From assembly GCA_964416155.1 (NCBI GenBank), contig CAYQCW010000004.1, forward strand, positions 92,044 to 156,043: a stretch of 64,000 nucleotides of DNA, written 5' to 3'. Origin of the DNA: an uncultured Nitrososphaerota archaeon (GTDB taxonomy: Archaea; Thermoproteota; EX4484-205; JAAOZP01). A program made the translations under genes and the position numbers. Under the pieces are notes generated by a model. That model was not told the origin of the DNA. It saw nothing but the letters and a program-made list of their open reading frames with translations, and made no database searches. Position 1 is the first letter of the stretch, and every line of letters starts with the position of its first letter. Below are positions 10,718 through 20,235 of this stretch, piece by piece.

Positions 10718-10906
10718 AGTGGGAATCCTATGCCTTTAAGGGTGGTGAAGGTTAACCCTCAAGGCACAAGCAAAGAATACAAGCATGGAGAACCGGACCG
10801 GGATCATAACGCCTCGCTGAACATGCTTAGGCAAGGCTTATTCAGGTTCCTGCAAGCCCCATTTTTGAAGCAGGAAGCCCGCATCCTTTAGGAACGGGTA
10901 GTTCAC
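10718..10906 (+). mobile_element. tnpB: IS200/IS605-family TnpB 3' remnant with right end
   Basis: VKVNPQGTS...DRDHNASLN (RuvC-III-type tail), followed by GAAGCCCGCATCCTTTAGGAACGGGTAGTTCAC, a typical right-end hairpin plus TTCAC. Confidence 0.75.
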
Positions 10907-11294
10907 TTTGAACCAAGTAACTTATTGGAATGTCTTTTAACAAGAACGGTACATCGAGTTAACTAAGAATTCGGTGTCTTTTATGAAGAGGGAAATCGAT
11001 AAGATCCCCGCAACCTTCTTGTCATATCTTTAACGACCTTCGAAATACCCGCGGTTGTTGCTCTACCGACCATGAAACGGACTGAAACCCCCTGTTTTTT
11101 TGAGCATCGCCAAGACACAGGAGCGCGCTACGGCTTCCGAGATAGGCGATGGACCTTGAGGACAGGTATGGCGGCAAGCTTCAAGTAGTCAGGCCCGCTC
11201 ATAGCGCGCGCTACGCTCCTACTCTTGGCGCATGGAGAAAAGTTAATAAAGCCGCTGGCCGAAGGGTTTCGCCAGCCGCCCCTTGGAACGGCTA

Positions 11295-11344
11295 GGAGAT
11301 GGAGCTCTCCTTAAACCGCCTTAATCGAGGCTGATAGCTCCTAC
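11295..11344 (+). promoter_or_regulatory. Fluoride (crcB) riboswitch
   Basis: GGAGATGGAGCTCTCC-TTAAACCGCC...GGCTGATAGCTCCTAC matches the GGnGAUG/P1, AACCGC, GCUGAU and pseudoknot (GGAGC/GCTCC) consensus. It ends 7 nt before the next ATG. Confidence 0.9.
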
Positions 11345-11351
11345 CCTGTAT

Positions 11352-12218
11352 ATGTGGAGGACGGTATGGTTGGGAACCGAGGCGGTTAGGACCGAGAGGA
11401 GAATTCTGCTGCGGAAAACAGTGGAGTATATTGCTGCGAGGCAGAATGACGACGGGGGCTACACCGCCGTCCAATATACGGACTCTACTCTCTACGACAC
11501 TTATCTTGCTCTCAAAACCCTGAGGATTCTTAAAGCAAGCCCCCCTAGGGTTGGCGACACTATAGCATGGGTTAAAAATTATAATGCTATGAACATTAGG
11601 GACTACTATCTTATTAACAGGATTCTAATGATTCTCAACAAGCCTCTGATAGATGTTTCCAAGCATGTTCTTGAACTCATGGATTCCACTGGAAGGTTTG
11701 GAGCATACGAGGTTGATGTGGAAACAGTTTCAGAGGTTGAAACAACCTTCATGTGCGTGAAGCTTATGAGCATGCTTAACATTGTTCAGAACCGGGACAG
11801 GATAATAGGATTCCTCCTTTCTCTGAAAAAGCCTGACGGTGGCTTCGGCGCTGTGGAATCAAGTCTAAACTCGACCTTCTACGCTCTCAAAACTCTTTCA
11901 ACGCTGAACCATCCTGTTGAGGGTATGCTGGACACGCTGCGCTTCTTGAGGCTGCACGAGAACCCTGAGGGAGGCATCTCTCTTAAACCAGGTGTCAAGC
12001 CCTCATTCATGGAGCCTACTTTCATGGGGTTAACGTGCCTCCAATTGTTTAACGAGGAGCCTCTCTACCCTGGTGAAACCATAGGCTTCATCCTGGGCTG
12101 CCAAAACTCTAACGGAGGGTTTAGAAGGAGCCTGGAGCACGGCATCTCATCGTTCGAGTATACTTTTCAAGCAGTTTCCTCTCTAAGAATGCTGGGCCTG
12201 GAGGTGGAGGAGTTTTGA
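11352..12218 (+). CDS. Prenyltransferase/squalene oxidase repeat protein (COG1689-like)
   Basis: Repeated QNxDGG(Y/F)-type motifs (QNDDGGY, KKPDGGF, ENPEGGI, QNSNGGF) of an alpha/alpha toroid. Confidence 0.85.
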   Translation: MWRTVWLGTEAVRTERRILLRKTVEYIAARQNDDGGYTAVQYTDSTLYDTYLALKTLRILKASPPRVGDTIAWVKNYNAMNIRDYYLINRILMILNKPLIDVSKHVLELMDSTGRFGAYEVDVETVSEVETTFMCVKLMSMLNIVQNRDRIIGFLLSLKKPDGGFGAVESSLNSTFYALKTLSTLNHPVEGMLDTLRFLRLHENPEGGISLKPGVKPSFMEPTFMGLTCLQLFNEEPLYPGETIGFILGCQNSNGGFRRSLEHGISSFEYTFQAVSSLRMLGLEVEEF

Positions 12219-12685
12219 GCAGCCAGTTGGACAGGAAGCATGAGAGGTTTGTTTTCTCCGCTGCCCTAGCCCTCCGGAAATACGTTAAAGACTTGAGAAA
12301 ACTTGTTTCCGAGGGTGAGCCCCCAGAGGCCTCTGGCGTAGCCGGCAGGCCTGCAGCACTGTCAGGCGGCGACGCGGAGAACTTCATCAGCAAGCTTAAC
12401 GAGATCGAGCGGATAATTGATGAATTTATTGAAAGATGCGGCCGAGTCAAAAATGAGCCTAGCCTAAGCCTGACTTACATATGGATCAGCATTCTTCTCG
12501 GGAAAATGGAGGGCATAGTTGAAAGCATGGATCCGCGGAGCCTTGGGAAAACCAGGGGCGAGATGCCGCGTGAACTCGAAACATATCTCGACAACCATGT
12601 TAAGACTCTTCTAAGCCTCATCAGGGAGTTGAGGTCAACCTACACTACCGCTGCCAACAGGAAGACGCGGCCGACTACAGAGTAA
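12215..12685 (+). CDS. Hypothetical helical protein, coupled to the upstream gene
   Basis: 4-nt start/stop overlap; a paralogous remnant at 8410-8540 supports it being coding. Confidence 0.75.
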   Translation: MSSQLDRKHERFVFSAALALRKYVKDLRKLVSEGEPPEASGVAGRPAALSGGDAENFISKLNEIERIIDEFIERCGRVKNEPSLSLTYIWISILLGKMEGIVESMDPRSLGKTRGEMPRELETYLDNHVKTLLSLIRELRSTYTTAANRKTRPTTE

Positions 12686-12719
12686 GCATTATATTTTTCA
12701 CCATGCCTAGTTTACAACG

Positions 12720-13232
12720 TTGATGGAAAGGGCTGAAGCCAGGCGGAGGCTGCTCGAGCTTGTTGAAAAGTTTCGAGAGAAAGGTGCTACAAGCCCCGAT
12801 AAGGCTATGACCCCGGAGGAACTAGGCCTTTCACCCTGGTTCAGCCGCCTCATGCGCGGACGCCTGGGGGAGCTGGGAGTATTCGTTGAGAAGGAGGGCA
12901 AGTACTATCTTTCCGAGGAGCGTTTAAAGCAGCTGGAGAAGAGGAAGGGCAAAATGCTGGAGACCCGGAGCGCCCGGAGAAACCTGTTAATGCTGAGAAT
13001 AGCGAGAGTAACTGTTGGAATACTACTTGTGTCGATCCTGCTGGTAAACATTTACGTTAGGGATCCTAGTGTTAGAACGGTTTATTCCATCCTGCTGGTT
13101 GCCCTGCTAGCCGTATCAATCCTGCAGCTCTACTACTTGACGAAGGCCAAGAGGGTTTTCGAGGCCCAATGGAAAACAGGAAGCATAGCGGCGCACTGTC
13201 CAAATCCGTTTGGAAGCACATATCCTGCTTAG
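12720..13232 (+). CDS. Hypothetical membrane protein (winged-helix-like N-terminus, 2 TM)
   Basis: AMTPEELGL...GKYYLSE followed by two hydrophobic helices. Confidence 0.65.
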   Translation: MMERAEARRRLLELVEKFREKGATSPDKAMTPEELGLSPWFSRLMRGRLGELGVFVEKEGKYYLSEERLKQLEKRKGKMLETRSARRNLLMLRIARVTVGILLVSILLVNIYVRDPSVRTVYSILLVALLAVSILQLYYLTKAKRVFEAQWKTGSIAAHCPNPFGSTYPA

Positions 13233-13253
13233 TTGAGCTGCGTTGCTGTCCCC

Positions 13254-14702
13254 CTATCCTTTCACAACGCCCAGGGGCACTAGCCTAGCAACCTTGTGCG
13301 AAATCTCCGCCCTATGCGTAACCTCCACCACCTGATCCGGATCCTTATAGGCTCCCGGCGCCTCCTCAGCCACCAGGTTCATGTCTGCAACCCTAAGGTA
13401 GACTCCTCTTTCCTCAAGCATCCCCCTGATCTGCCGGCTCGTGAACCTCCGCATCGCTTCGTGCCTGCTGAGTGTTCTTCCAGCGCCGTGTGCTGTTGAG
13501 CCGAAGCTGGCCTCCATCGCAACCTTCGTCCCCACTAGAACCCAGCTTGCCGAGCCCATTGAGCCGGGTATTAGAACCGGCTGGCCGTGCTCCCTATACT
13601 TGGAGGGAATATGGCTATTCCCGGGTGGGAACGATCTGGTGGCTCCTTTCCTGTGGACGACAACCCTCTTCCTCTCTCCGTCAACCTTGTGGTCCTCAAT
13701 CTTAGCAATGTTGTGCGCAACATCGTAGAGAACGTTCAAGCCGAGCTCGGAAGCATCCTTTTTGAAAACCTTCGCGAAGCTCTCTCTAACCCAGTGGGTT
13801 ATAACCTGCCTGTTTAGGAAAGCATAGTTCACGGCGCAAGCCATGGCTGCAAAGTAGTCCTTGGCCTCCTGGCTTTCAACCGGGACGGCTGCCAGTTCCC
13901 TGTCCGGCAACCAGATGTTATACTTCCTGCTCGCCGCCTCCATAGTTTTAAGATAATCGCTGCAAATCTGGTGACCGTATCCACGGCTCCCCGTATGTAT
14001 TAATACTACAATCTGGCCGACTCTCTCAATGCCGAATCCTCTAGCAACCTCCCCGTCGATAATTCTTTCAACGTAGTCTATTTCGAGAAAATGGTTTCCG
14101 CTTCCCAAGCTGCCCAACTGGGGGAGGCCACGCCTCTTAGCGGTGACGCCGACCCTGCTCGGGTCCGCTCCCTTTAGGCAACCGTTCTCCTCAATAAACT
14201 CCGCGTCCTCCTTCCAGCCGTATCCACGCTTAATAGCCCAACCGACACCCTCCCTGACAGCACCGTCCAGCTCGTCGAAGCTCATTCTAAGCTTTCCCTC
14301 TGAACCCAGGCCTGAAGGCACGTTGTGAAAAATCTCGTCGAGCAGCTCTCTAAGGACAGGCTTAACGTCTTCAACATTCAGATTCGTCAGCAGGAGCCTC
14401 ACGCCGCAGTTGATGTCGTAGCCCACTCCGCCGGGTGACACAACCCCGTCTTTAACGTCGAAAGCACCGACTCCTCCTATTGGGAAACCGTAGCCTTCAT
14501 GTCCATCCGGAAGAATTATTGAGCTCTTGTATATCCCCGGTAGGGTTGCCACGTTCAACCCCTGCTCAACAGTTTTATCCTGCGTCATTTTATGCAGAAG
14601 TGTTTCGTCCGCGAAGATTTTAAGCGGCACCCGCATTCCTTTTTTAGCGCCTACGCTAACCTGGTATTCTACATCCGAAACCTTTTCAAACCTGTAACTC
14701 AT
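13254..14702 (-). CDS. rtcB: RNA-splicing ligase RtcB
   Basis: PDGHEGYGFPIGG, GYDINCG, GSGNHFLE, HTGSRG, HRKGATR, HGAGR. Confidence 0.97.
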   Translation of the reverse strand: MSYRFEKVSDVEYQVSVGAKKGMRVPLKIFADETLLHKMTQDKTVEQGLNVATLPGIYKSSIILPDGHEGYGFPIGGVGAFDVKDGVVSPGGVGYDINCGVRLLLTNLNVEDVKPVLRELLDEIFHNVPSGLGSEGKLRMSFDELDGAVREGVGWAIKRGYGWKEDAEFIEENGCLKGADPSRVGVTAKRRGLPQLGSLGSGNHFLEIDYVERIIDGEVARGFGIERVGQIVVLIHTGSRGYGHQICSDYLKTMEAASRKYNIWLPDRELAAVPVESQEAKDYFAAMACAVNYAFLNRQVITHWVRESFAKVFKKDASELGLNVLYDVAHNIAKIEDHKVDGERKRVVVHRKGATRSFPPGNSHIPSKYREHGQPVLIPGSMGSASWVLVGTKVAMEASFGSTAHGAGRTLSRHEAMRRFTSRQIRGMLEERGVYLRVADMNLVAEEAPGAYKDPDQVVEVTHRAEISHKVARLVPLGVVKG

Positions 14703-14919
14703 TTCTCGGGATCACCCTTTAGGGTTTTCTAGATTTCCCCGGGTGACCCCCAGGGATTCTCGCCTTAAAACCCTCAGGCTTATTAACGCTTCCCGGGTTA
14801 TTAAGGTTTTCCCCGTGGGAAAAATTAGTAAAAGCAGTGTTTTTCAGAGTAGGGGGAAGACGATATGATTCCACGGATATTCGGATAAATTAGATTTAAC
14901 CGGGTCCAGTTGCCAACAC

Positions 14920-16842
14920 GTGGAAAGCGTTCTAAAAAGCAGGCAAGACCAGGCTTATATCGGAGCGTCCTTCCTCTCTACAGTGATGCATCCTGTTCCC
15001 AGCACTTGGAAAACCAGTTACGTCCAAGAACCAGTCTTAAAGCTGAAAAAACGGATGTTTCTAATTCTTACAATGCTTTTCATAGTTTTGTTTTCAACCC
15101 TATACTATCTCTTCGCTATTCAACCCGGTTCCCCCGGGAGGCCAGCGCGGATTTCGTTCAGGGATATTCAACCATCCAGTGAGAAGCCACGGGTCTATGA
15201 GACTGTGGAGCTGGACATCAGGCTTAACGGCAGTGTAAGCAATCCTTTCGATGAGAACGAGGTTAACGTTACTTCAGAAATCATTCTTCCAAACGGTGTG
15301 AAGTGGAACATACCTGCCTTTTTCTACCAGGATTATGAGAGACGCGTTGTGAACGAGGGGGAGAGCCTGCTTCCATCTGGAGAACCGTTTTGGAAGCTGA
15401 GGTTTACACCCATACTGGAGGGAAGCCACACCATTGTTTTACGCGTGTACTCAAGGGGGGAGCCCACGGATTCTCGCGAGCTGTCTTTAGAAGTAAAGGG
15501 TTACTCGCATAACCCTGGTTTTGTAAGACTCAACGGTAATTACCTGGTTTGCGACAATGGCTCAGACCTTTTCCTAATCGGCCAGAACGTTTGCTGGTAC
15601 ACGGAGTCTAGGAAAACGTTTGATTACGATGTCTGGTTTGAGAAAATGGCGGAGAACGGTATGAACTATGCGAGGATATGGATGGCTCCCTGGGCGTTTG
15701 CGGTTGAGTGGAGCGATAGGGCGGGCAGGTATGATTTGAAGGAGGCGTGGAGGCTGGACTACGTGCTTAGGCTTGCGGAGAAAAAAGGGATATACGTGAT
15801 GCTTTGCCTGGTTAACCACGGGCAGCTCAGGGCTGGCGAAAACTGGAGCGGCAATCCGTATAATAAGGCGCGCGGAGGACCATTATCCTCACCTGAGCAG
15901 TTCTTCACGGATCCTGCTGCGAAGGATCTTTTCAAGAAGAGGTTGAGATACTTGGTGTCGAGGTACGCCTACAGCACCCATCTATTAGCTTGGGAGTTTT
16001 TCAACGAGGTTGAGTTAACCGATAACTATAATCCTTCCAATGTTGCAGACTGGCACAAGGAGATGGCGGGTTACTTGAGAAGCATCGATCCCTATAAGCA
16101 TTTAGTTACTACGAGTTTCGGGGGGCCGAGAGAAGGAGATCCGATTTGGAGAACATCCGGCTTAGATTTCACACAGACACACATGTATGGACCAGACGTT
16201 AAGGATCTTGCACGGGCGATTTCAAGCGAAATAAAAAGGAAGCTGGCAACATACGGGAAGCCGACCCTGTTTGGAGAATTTGGCGCCGACTGGAGATGGT
16301 TCGACTCTCCATTGTACTATAAGGATAAAGAAGGCGTTGAGATACATGAGGGCATATGGGCTTCTCTTATGAGCGGATCCTTTGGGACAGCGATGCTATG
16401 GTGGTGGGACGTTTATGTTGATCCGTACAACCTATACTATCATTACAATGCTTTGAGACTGTTCGTAGCGAACATTAGCTTCAGCAGATCCAGATTGGCT
16501 GAGCTTGAATATAGGGTGGTTGACGGTGAGAAGATTAATGCGTCGAACGTCGATTTCGAGATTTTCGGCCTTAGAAACGGGACGTTCGCAATGGGCTGGG
16601 TTAGAAACAAGGATTACAACTGGTTTAACACTGTTAGCAATGTTACTCTAAAGACGGCTGGAGGAGTGTATGTAGAGCTATTAGATTTTAACTCTGGAAG
16701 CTACCTGTTTGAGATATGGGACACGTATACTGGCGAAAGAACGAGGCTTAGCGAAGTAGAATCCTCTGACGGTAAGCTTGTAGTTGAGATCCCGGTTTTT
16801 CTCAAAGACGTAGCTTTTAAAATGATTAGGGTTGAAAAATAA
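14920..16842 (+). CDS. Membrane-anchored clan GH-A glycoside hydrolase (DUF5060 plus GH5-like); start probably ~15055
   Basis: TM anchor, NPFD...PAFFYQDY...W.LRFTP Ig-like domain, AWEFFNE acid/base motif, FGEFG nucleophile motif. Confidence 0.8.
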   Translation: MESVLKSRQDQAYIGASFLSTVMHPVPSTWKTSYVQEPVLKLKKRMFLILTMLFIVLFSTLYYLFAIQPGSPGRPARISFRDIQPSSEKPRVYETVELDIRLNGSVSNPFDENEVNVTSEIILPNGVKWNIPAFFYQDYERRVVNEGESLLPSGEPFWKLRFTPILEGSHTIVLRVYSRGEPTDSRELSLEVKGYSHNPGFVRLNGNYLVCDNGSDLFLIGQNVCWYTESRKTFDYDVWFEKMAENGMNYARIWMAPWAFAVEWSDRAGRYDLKEAWRLDYVLRLAEKKGIYVMLCLVNHGQLRAGENWSGNPYNKARGGPLSSPEQFFTDPAAKDLFKKRLRYLVSRYAYSTHLLAWEFFNEVELTDNYNPSNVADWHKEMAGYLRSIDPYKHLVTTSFGGPREGDPIWRTSGLDFTQTHMYGPDVKDLARAISSEIKRKLATYGKPTLFGEFGADWRWFDSPLYYKDKEGVEIHEGIWASLMSGSFGTAMLWWWDVYVDPYNLYYHYNALRLFVANISFSRSRLAELEYRVVDGEKINASNVDFEIFGLRNGTFAMGWVRNKDYNWFNTVSNVTLKTAGGVYVELLDFNSGSYLFEIWDTYTGERTRLSEVESSDGKLVVEIPVFLKDVAFKMIRVEK

Positions 16843-16928
16843 CGTGCTTCCTAAATACTGTGGTTTGATTCTTACAATAGAAGCATAAACTTTATAATAA
16901 TGCGAAGCAGCTTCATACTCCACTGGAT

Positions 16929-17396
16929 ATGAAGCCGCTTGTTGTCTACTATTCTAGGACTGGGACCACGAGGAAGGTGGCAGAAGCTATCGCGGAAGTT
17001 TTAAAATGTGATGTTGAGGAAATCCGGGATTTGAAGAATAGGACAGGTGTCTTAGGCTGGCTGAGTTCAGGCATGGATGCAACTTTGAAGAGGCTGACCA
17101 AGATAGAGGAGCTGCAGAAGCCTCCTGAGAATTATAGCGTTACGATAATCGGCACTCCCGTATGGAACAATACGGTGTCCACGCCTATTAGAACATACAT
17201 AGTGGAATACAGAAATCGGTTTAAACAAGTCGCATTCTTCTGCACACAATACGGTTCCGAGAGCAATGTGTTTACAGAGATGGAAGCCCTGTGCGGCAGG
17301 AAACCGCTTGCAACGCTTATGCTGAGGAGGAATCAGGTGGAAACCGGCGAGTACACCGACGCGGTTAGGCAATTCTGCGTGCAGATAACCCGGTAG
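16929..17396 (+). CDS. Flavodoxin family protein
   Basis: VVYYSRTGTT FMN-binding motif, GTPVW, FFCT. Confidence 0.9.
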   Translation: MKPLVVYYSRTGTTRKVAEAIAEVLKCDVEEIRDLKNRTGVLGWLSSGMDATLKRLTKIEELQKPPENYSVTIIGTPVWNNTVSTPIRTYIVEYRNRFKQVAFFCTQYGSESNVFTEMEALCGRKPLATLMLRRNQVETGEYTDAVRQFCVQITR

Positions 17397-17478
17397 ACAA
17401 GCATCCTGTAGCAAAAAGGGATTCAAACGGGCCGCCACTGGCCCGTGTTTACCATTTTTAGGCCGATGGTTTATCGGC

Positions 17479-17916
17479 CTATTGACCGTATTTTTCCACC
17501 CTGTATTTTTCAACCGCGTTTATTATGCTCTCCCTCAACCTTATAGTTTGCCGTACTGCCGTAAGCGGGATCACGTATATTTTATTCGGGTCATCCGGGT
17601 CCGCGAATAAAACTATCCCTCCATCAGAGTCCACAATTCTGAAAGGGTAGGTCCATTCTACGACGAGGGTTTCTATCAGCACGCCAAACTGGTCATAAAT
17701 ATTCTCTATCCTACTATCCTTCTCCTTGACTAAGAAGCCATATTCAAGACATATCTGCTTCATCCTTTCAGAATCCAGCTTGCTTGAGAAAGTGATGCTG
17801 AAGCATTCGAAGGTTTCTCTAACAACCTCTTTTATCCCCGGGGGGAGAACTCCAACGTATTTTGCTTTCCAGCGTGGAGCCTGAAAAAGAGCCTCCAATA
17901 CTTGAAGGAGCAGCAT
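17479..17916 (-). CDS. Hypothetical protein
   Basis: 145-aa ORF with protein-like composition and no recognised motif. Confidence 0.5.
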   Translation of the reverse strand: MLLLQVLEALFQAPRWKAKYVGVLPPGIKEVVRETFECFSITFSSKLDSERMKQICLEYGFLVKEKDSRIENIYDQFGVLIETLVVEWTYPFRIVDSDGGIVLFADPDDPNKIYVIPLTAVRQTIRLRESIINAVEKYRVEKYGQ

Positions 17917-18068
17917 GTCTTCCTATAGGCGGGAGTGCTAATATCTGTTTTGGCCTCGGCAAACTGGTTTTGCAGAACATGATCAAAAGCGTGCTACTCT
18001 CCGCTGGCAGGCTTCTTTTACTTGAACGTTTTTCAAAAGCCTTATAAAGTTGGCGCGTGAAGACGAGT

Positions 18069-18420
18069 ATGAGTAGGTTAATTGCGTATTGCGGGCTAAT
18101 ATGCTCTGATTGTCCGGCTTTTCTGGCAACTCAGAAGAACGATGATGCTGAACGGAAGACGGGTGGCGGAACTCTGGCCGAAAAGAGTTCGGCAACTCCT
18201 TCAAGCCTGAGGATATTAATTGCGACGGCTGTTTGACAACGGGGGAAAGAATAATTGGCTACTGCAGGATCTGTGAGACAAGGAAGTGCTGGCAAAGCAG
18301 GAAGGTTCAGAACTGTGCTTGCTGTGAAGAATATCCTTGCGAGAAGCTTGAAGAATTCTTTAAAACAGTTCCAAACGCCAGGAAGAACCTGGAAAGTCAG
18401 GAGAGGCTCACTCTAGAGGC
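18069..18420 (+). pseudogene. DUF3795-type Cys-rich protein, frameshifted
   Basis: MSRLIAYCGLICSDCPAF...INCDGC...CRICETRKC...CACCEEYPCEKL, split by frameshifts near 18160-18185. Confidence 0.75.
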
Positions 18421-18487
18421 CGCTTTTCCACAGGTGTTTTTCAAAACTCTAAACCATCCTAGGAGAACAGGTGGTCCGGGGAAACCA

Positions 18488-19975
18488 TTAGGAGAGGAGG
18501 CGAAGCCATTTCGCAATCCGTTCCGCGAGGAAAACGACCGTTTTCAAAGAGATCTTTAAGAATGGGTTTGTTTTATTGAAATACCATCCTGAGAGGTCTT
18601 TTATCCAATGGAGGTCGTGCTTCAAACATGCCTTCATCACCTCCAGCTGTTCCTCCGTAGGCCTAGCCCTATACCATTCCCCATTCTTGAGAACACCCAT
18701 GGGCACGAAATACATGGGTATTATCAGGCTTCTAAACTCTTTAAGTTCATCTATGAGCTCAAGGGTTTTAACAAGGTCCTCAGGCTTCTCCTGGGGCAGG
18801 CCGATTATTATGGTTGCTGCAGGCACTACTCTAGACTCGTGCATTATGGAGAAAGCCTGTTTCACGATGCTCGGCCAGGAGGCTGCCGGGTAGGGGGCTG
18901 TTTTCGCAGGCATTGTTTTCTCAGCCAGCCTTGGTGATCCTGTTTCAATACCGACTTCAACCCCTATGTAGTCATGTTCATCCTGGAGAATTATCTCGGA
19001 TAGGCGTGTTATGAGGGAATGGTTTTCCTGAGCATGCTTGACTGCGGAGAGGCTCACGTGGCTCCATCCTACGATCTTGAAAAACCTCCTAGCCATCTGG
19101 TGCAGCCTTATCAATGGTTCCGGCCTAGGCTTAACCCCGTCAGCCCCATATAGAAGGATATCTTCAGCGTGCAGGAGGCACCTGTTTAGCCCGCAGGCCT
19201 TATTCACCTTGAGCTCCTTCTCAATCATTTCAAGAGGACACTGTCTTAATGGTCTTAGAGTCACAGAGCAAAACCTACAGCCCCTTGGGCAGCCCCTCAT
19301 TATTTCAACCAGCCCGTTTACCGAGGCATTTTTAATCGTAGGAATCTCGCTCAGCATCGGGGTGTCCTGGATTCCAACATGCACGTATTGCGGAAGAGGC
19401 TTGCCTTCTAGAGCATCTTGGACAAGCTGCACTATTGCTTTATCGGCTTCTCCCTCAATAATGGTGTCTACGCCCCATTTCTCAGCGTACTCGGGCATCC
19501 AGAGCCACTGCCACGCGGCGGGCCCACCCACAATTATTTTAAGCCCATTTTTCTTAGCCGCTCTTATCTCAGGTTTCTCCATGAACCTTTTGAAATACTT
19601 TGAGTTAACAGGCTCCTTCCCAGTTAGAACCCACCATTCGCTGCTCGGAGGCCCAAGCGCAAAGTAATCATGGTGGCCTATTCCAAGAACCCTAGCTTTT
19701 TCCAAGTGTTTTCCAAGGTGGTCAGGGTCTATCACGGCAGCCTTAATACCTGCTTCGAGCAGCGCGGCCTCTATTTTTCTAAGCCCGTACGGTGCTTCCA
19801 AGGGTCTTCCTAAATCATCCACTTTCATCCTCGGGGCGGCTATAGTCATCCAGACTTTCTCCGGAACCATAATCGGCGGGCCGGTTGCCAGAAAGCCTAG
19901 AAACTCTTTACCGTGATGGTTACTCATGAGGGTTCTGTCGACGGAAAGCACCACGTCGAAGCTTTCATAAACCAT
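18488..19975 (-). CDS. Radical SAM protein with B12-binding-like N-terminal domain
   Basis: APYGLRKIEA, IVGGPAAWQ, EIMRGCPRGCRFC (CxxxCxxC), GIETGS. Confidence 0.88.
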   Translation of the reverse strand: MVYESFDVVLSVDRTLMSNHHGKEFLGFLATGPPIMVPEKVWMTIAAPRMKVDDLGRPLEAPYGLRKIEAALLEAGIKAAVIDPDHLGKHLEKARVLGIGHHDYFALGPPSSEWWVLTGKEPVNSKYFKRFMEKPEIRAAKKNGLKIIVGGPAAWQWLWMPEYAEKWGVDTIIEGEADKAIVQLVQDALEGKPLPQYVHVGIQDTPMLSEIPTIKNASVNGLVEIMRGCPRGCRFCSVTLRPLRQCPLEMIEKELKVNKACGLNRCLLHAEDILLYGADGVKPRPEPLIRLHQMARRFFKIVGWSHVSLSAVKHAQENHSLITRLSEIILQDEHDYIGVEVGIETGSPRLAEKTMPAKTAPYPAASWPSIVKQAFSIMHESRVVPAATIIIGLPQEKPEDLVKTLELIDELKEFRSLIIPMYFVPMGVLKNGEWYRARPTEEQLEVMKACLKHDLHWIKDLSGWYFNKTNPFLKISLKTVVFLAERIAKWLRLLS

Positions 19976-19977
19976 TC

Positions 19978-20235
19978 CTAAGGCACGGTTATCTCCTCGT
20001 CGTAAGCCTTCGTGTTCCTGTTCCCACCACTATACACTATTATCGTTGCCTGCATATTCTTGTTTGAAAGAGACCTGATCGCCTCCAGCAGTTCTCCACG
20101 CTTAAAACCCTGCATATCGATGATTATGCACCTATATTTCGTAAGCAGGGGGACAATTCTCTCGACAAGCCTGCCCGGCTCTTCTAATTTTTTTTCTTTT
20201 TTAACAGTAACATGGAGCTTTCTATCAGGGTTCAC
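19978..20235 (-). CDS. Small hypothetical protein
   Basis: Abuts both flanking genes on the same strand. Confidence 0.6.
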   Translation of the reverse strand: MNPDRKLHVTVKKEKKLEEPGRLVERIVPLLTKYRCIIIDMQGFKRGELLEAIRSLSNKNMQATIIVYSGGNRNTKAYDEEITVP

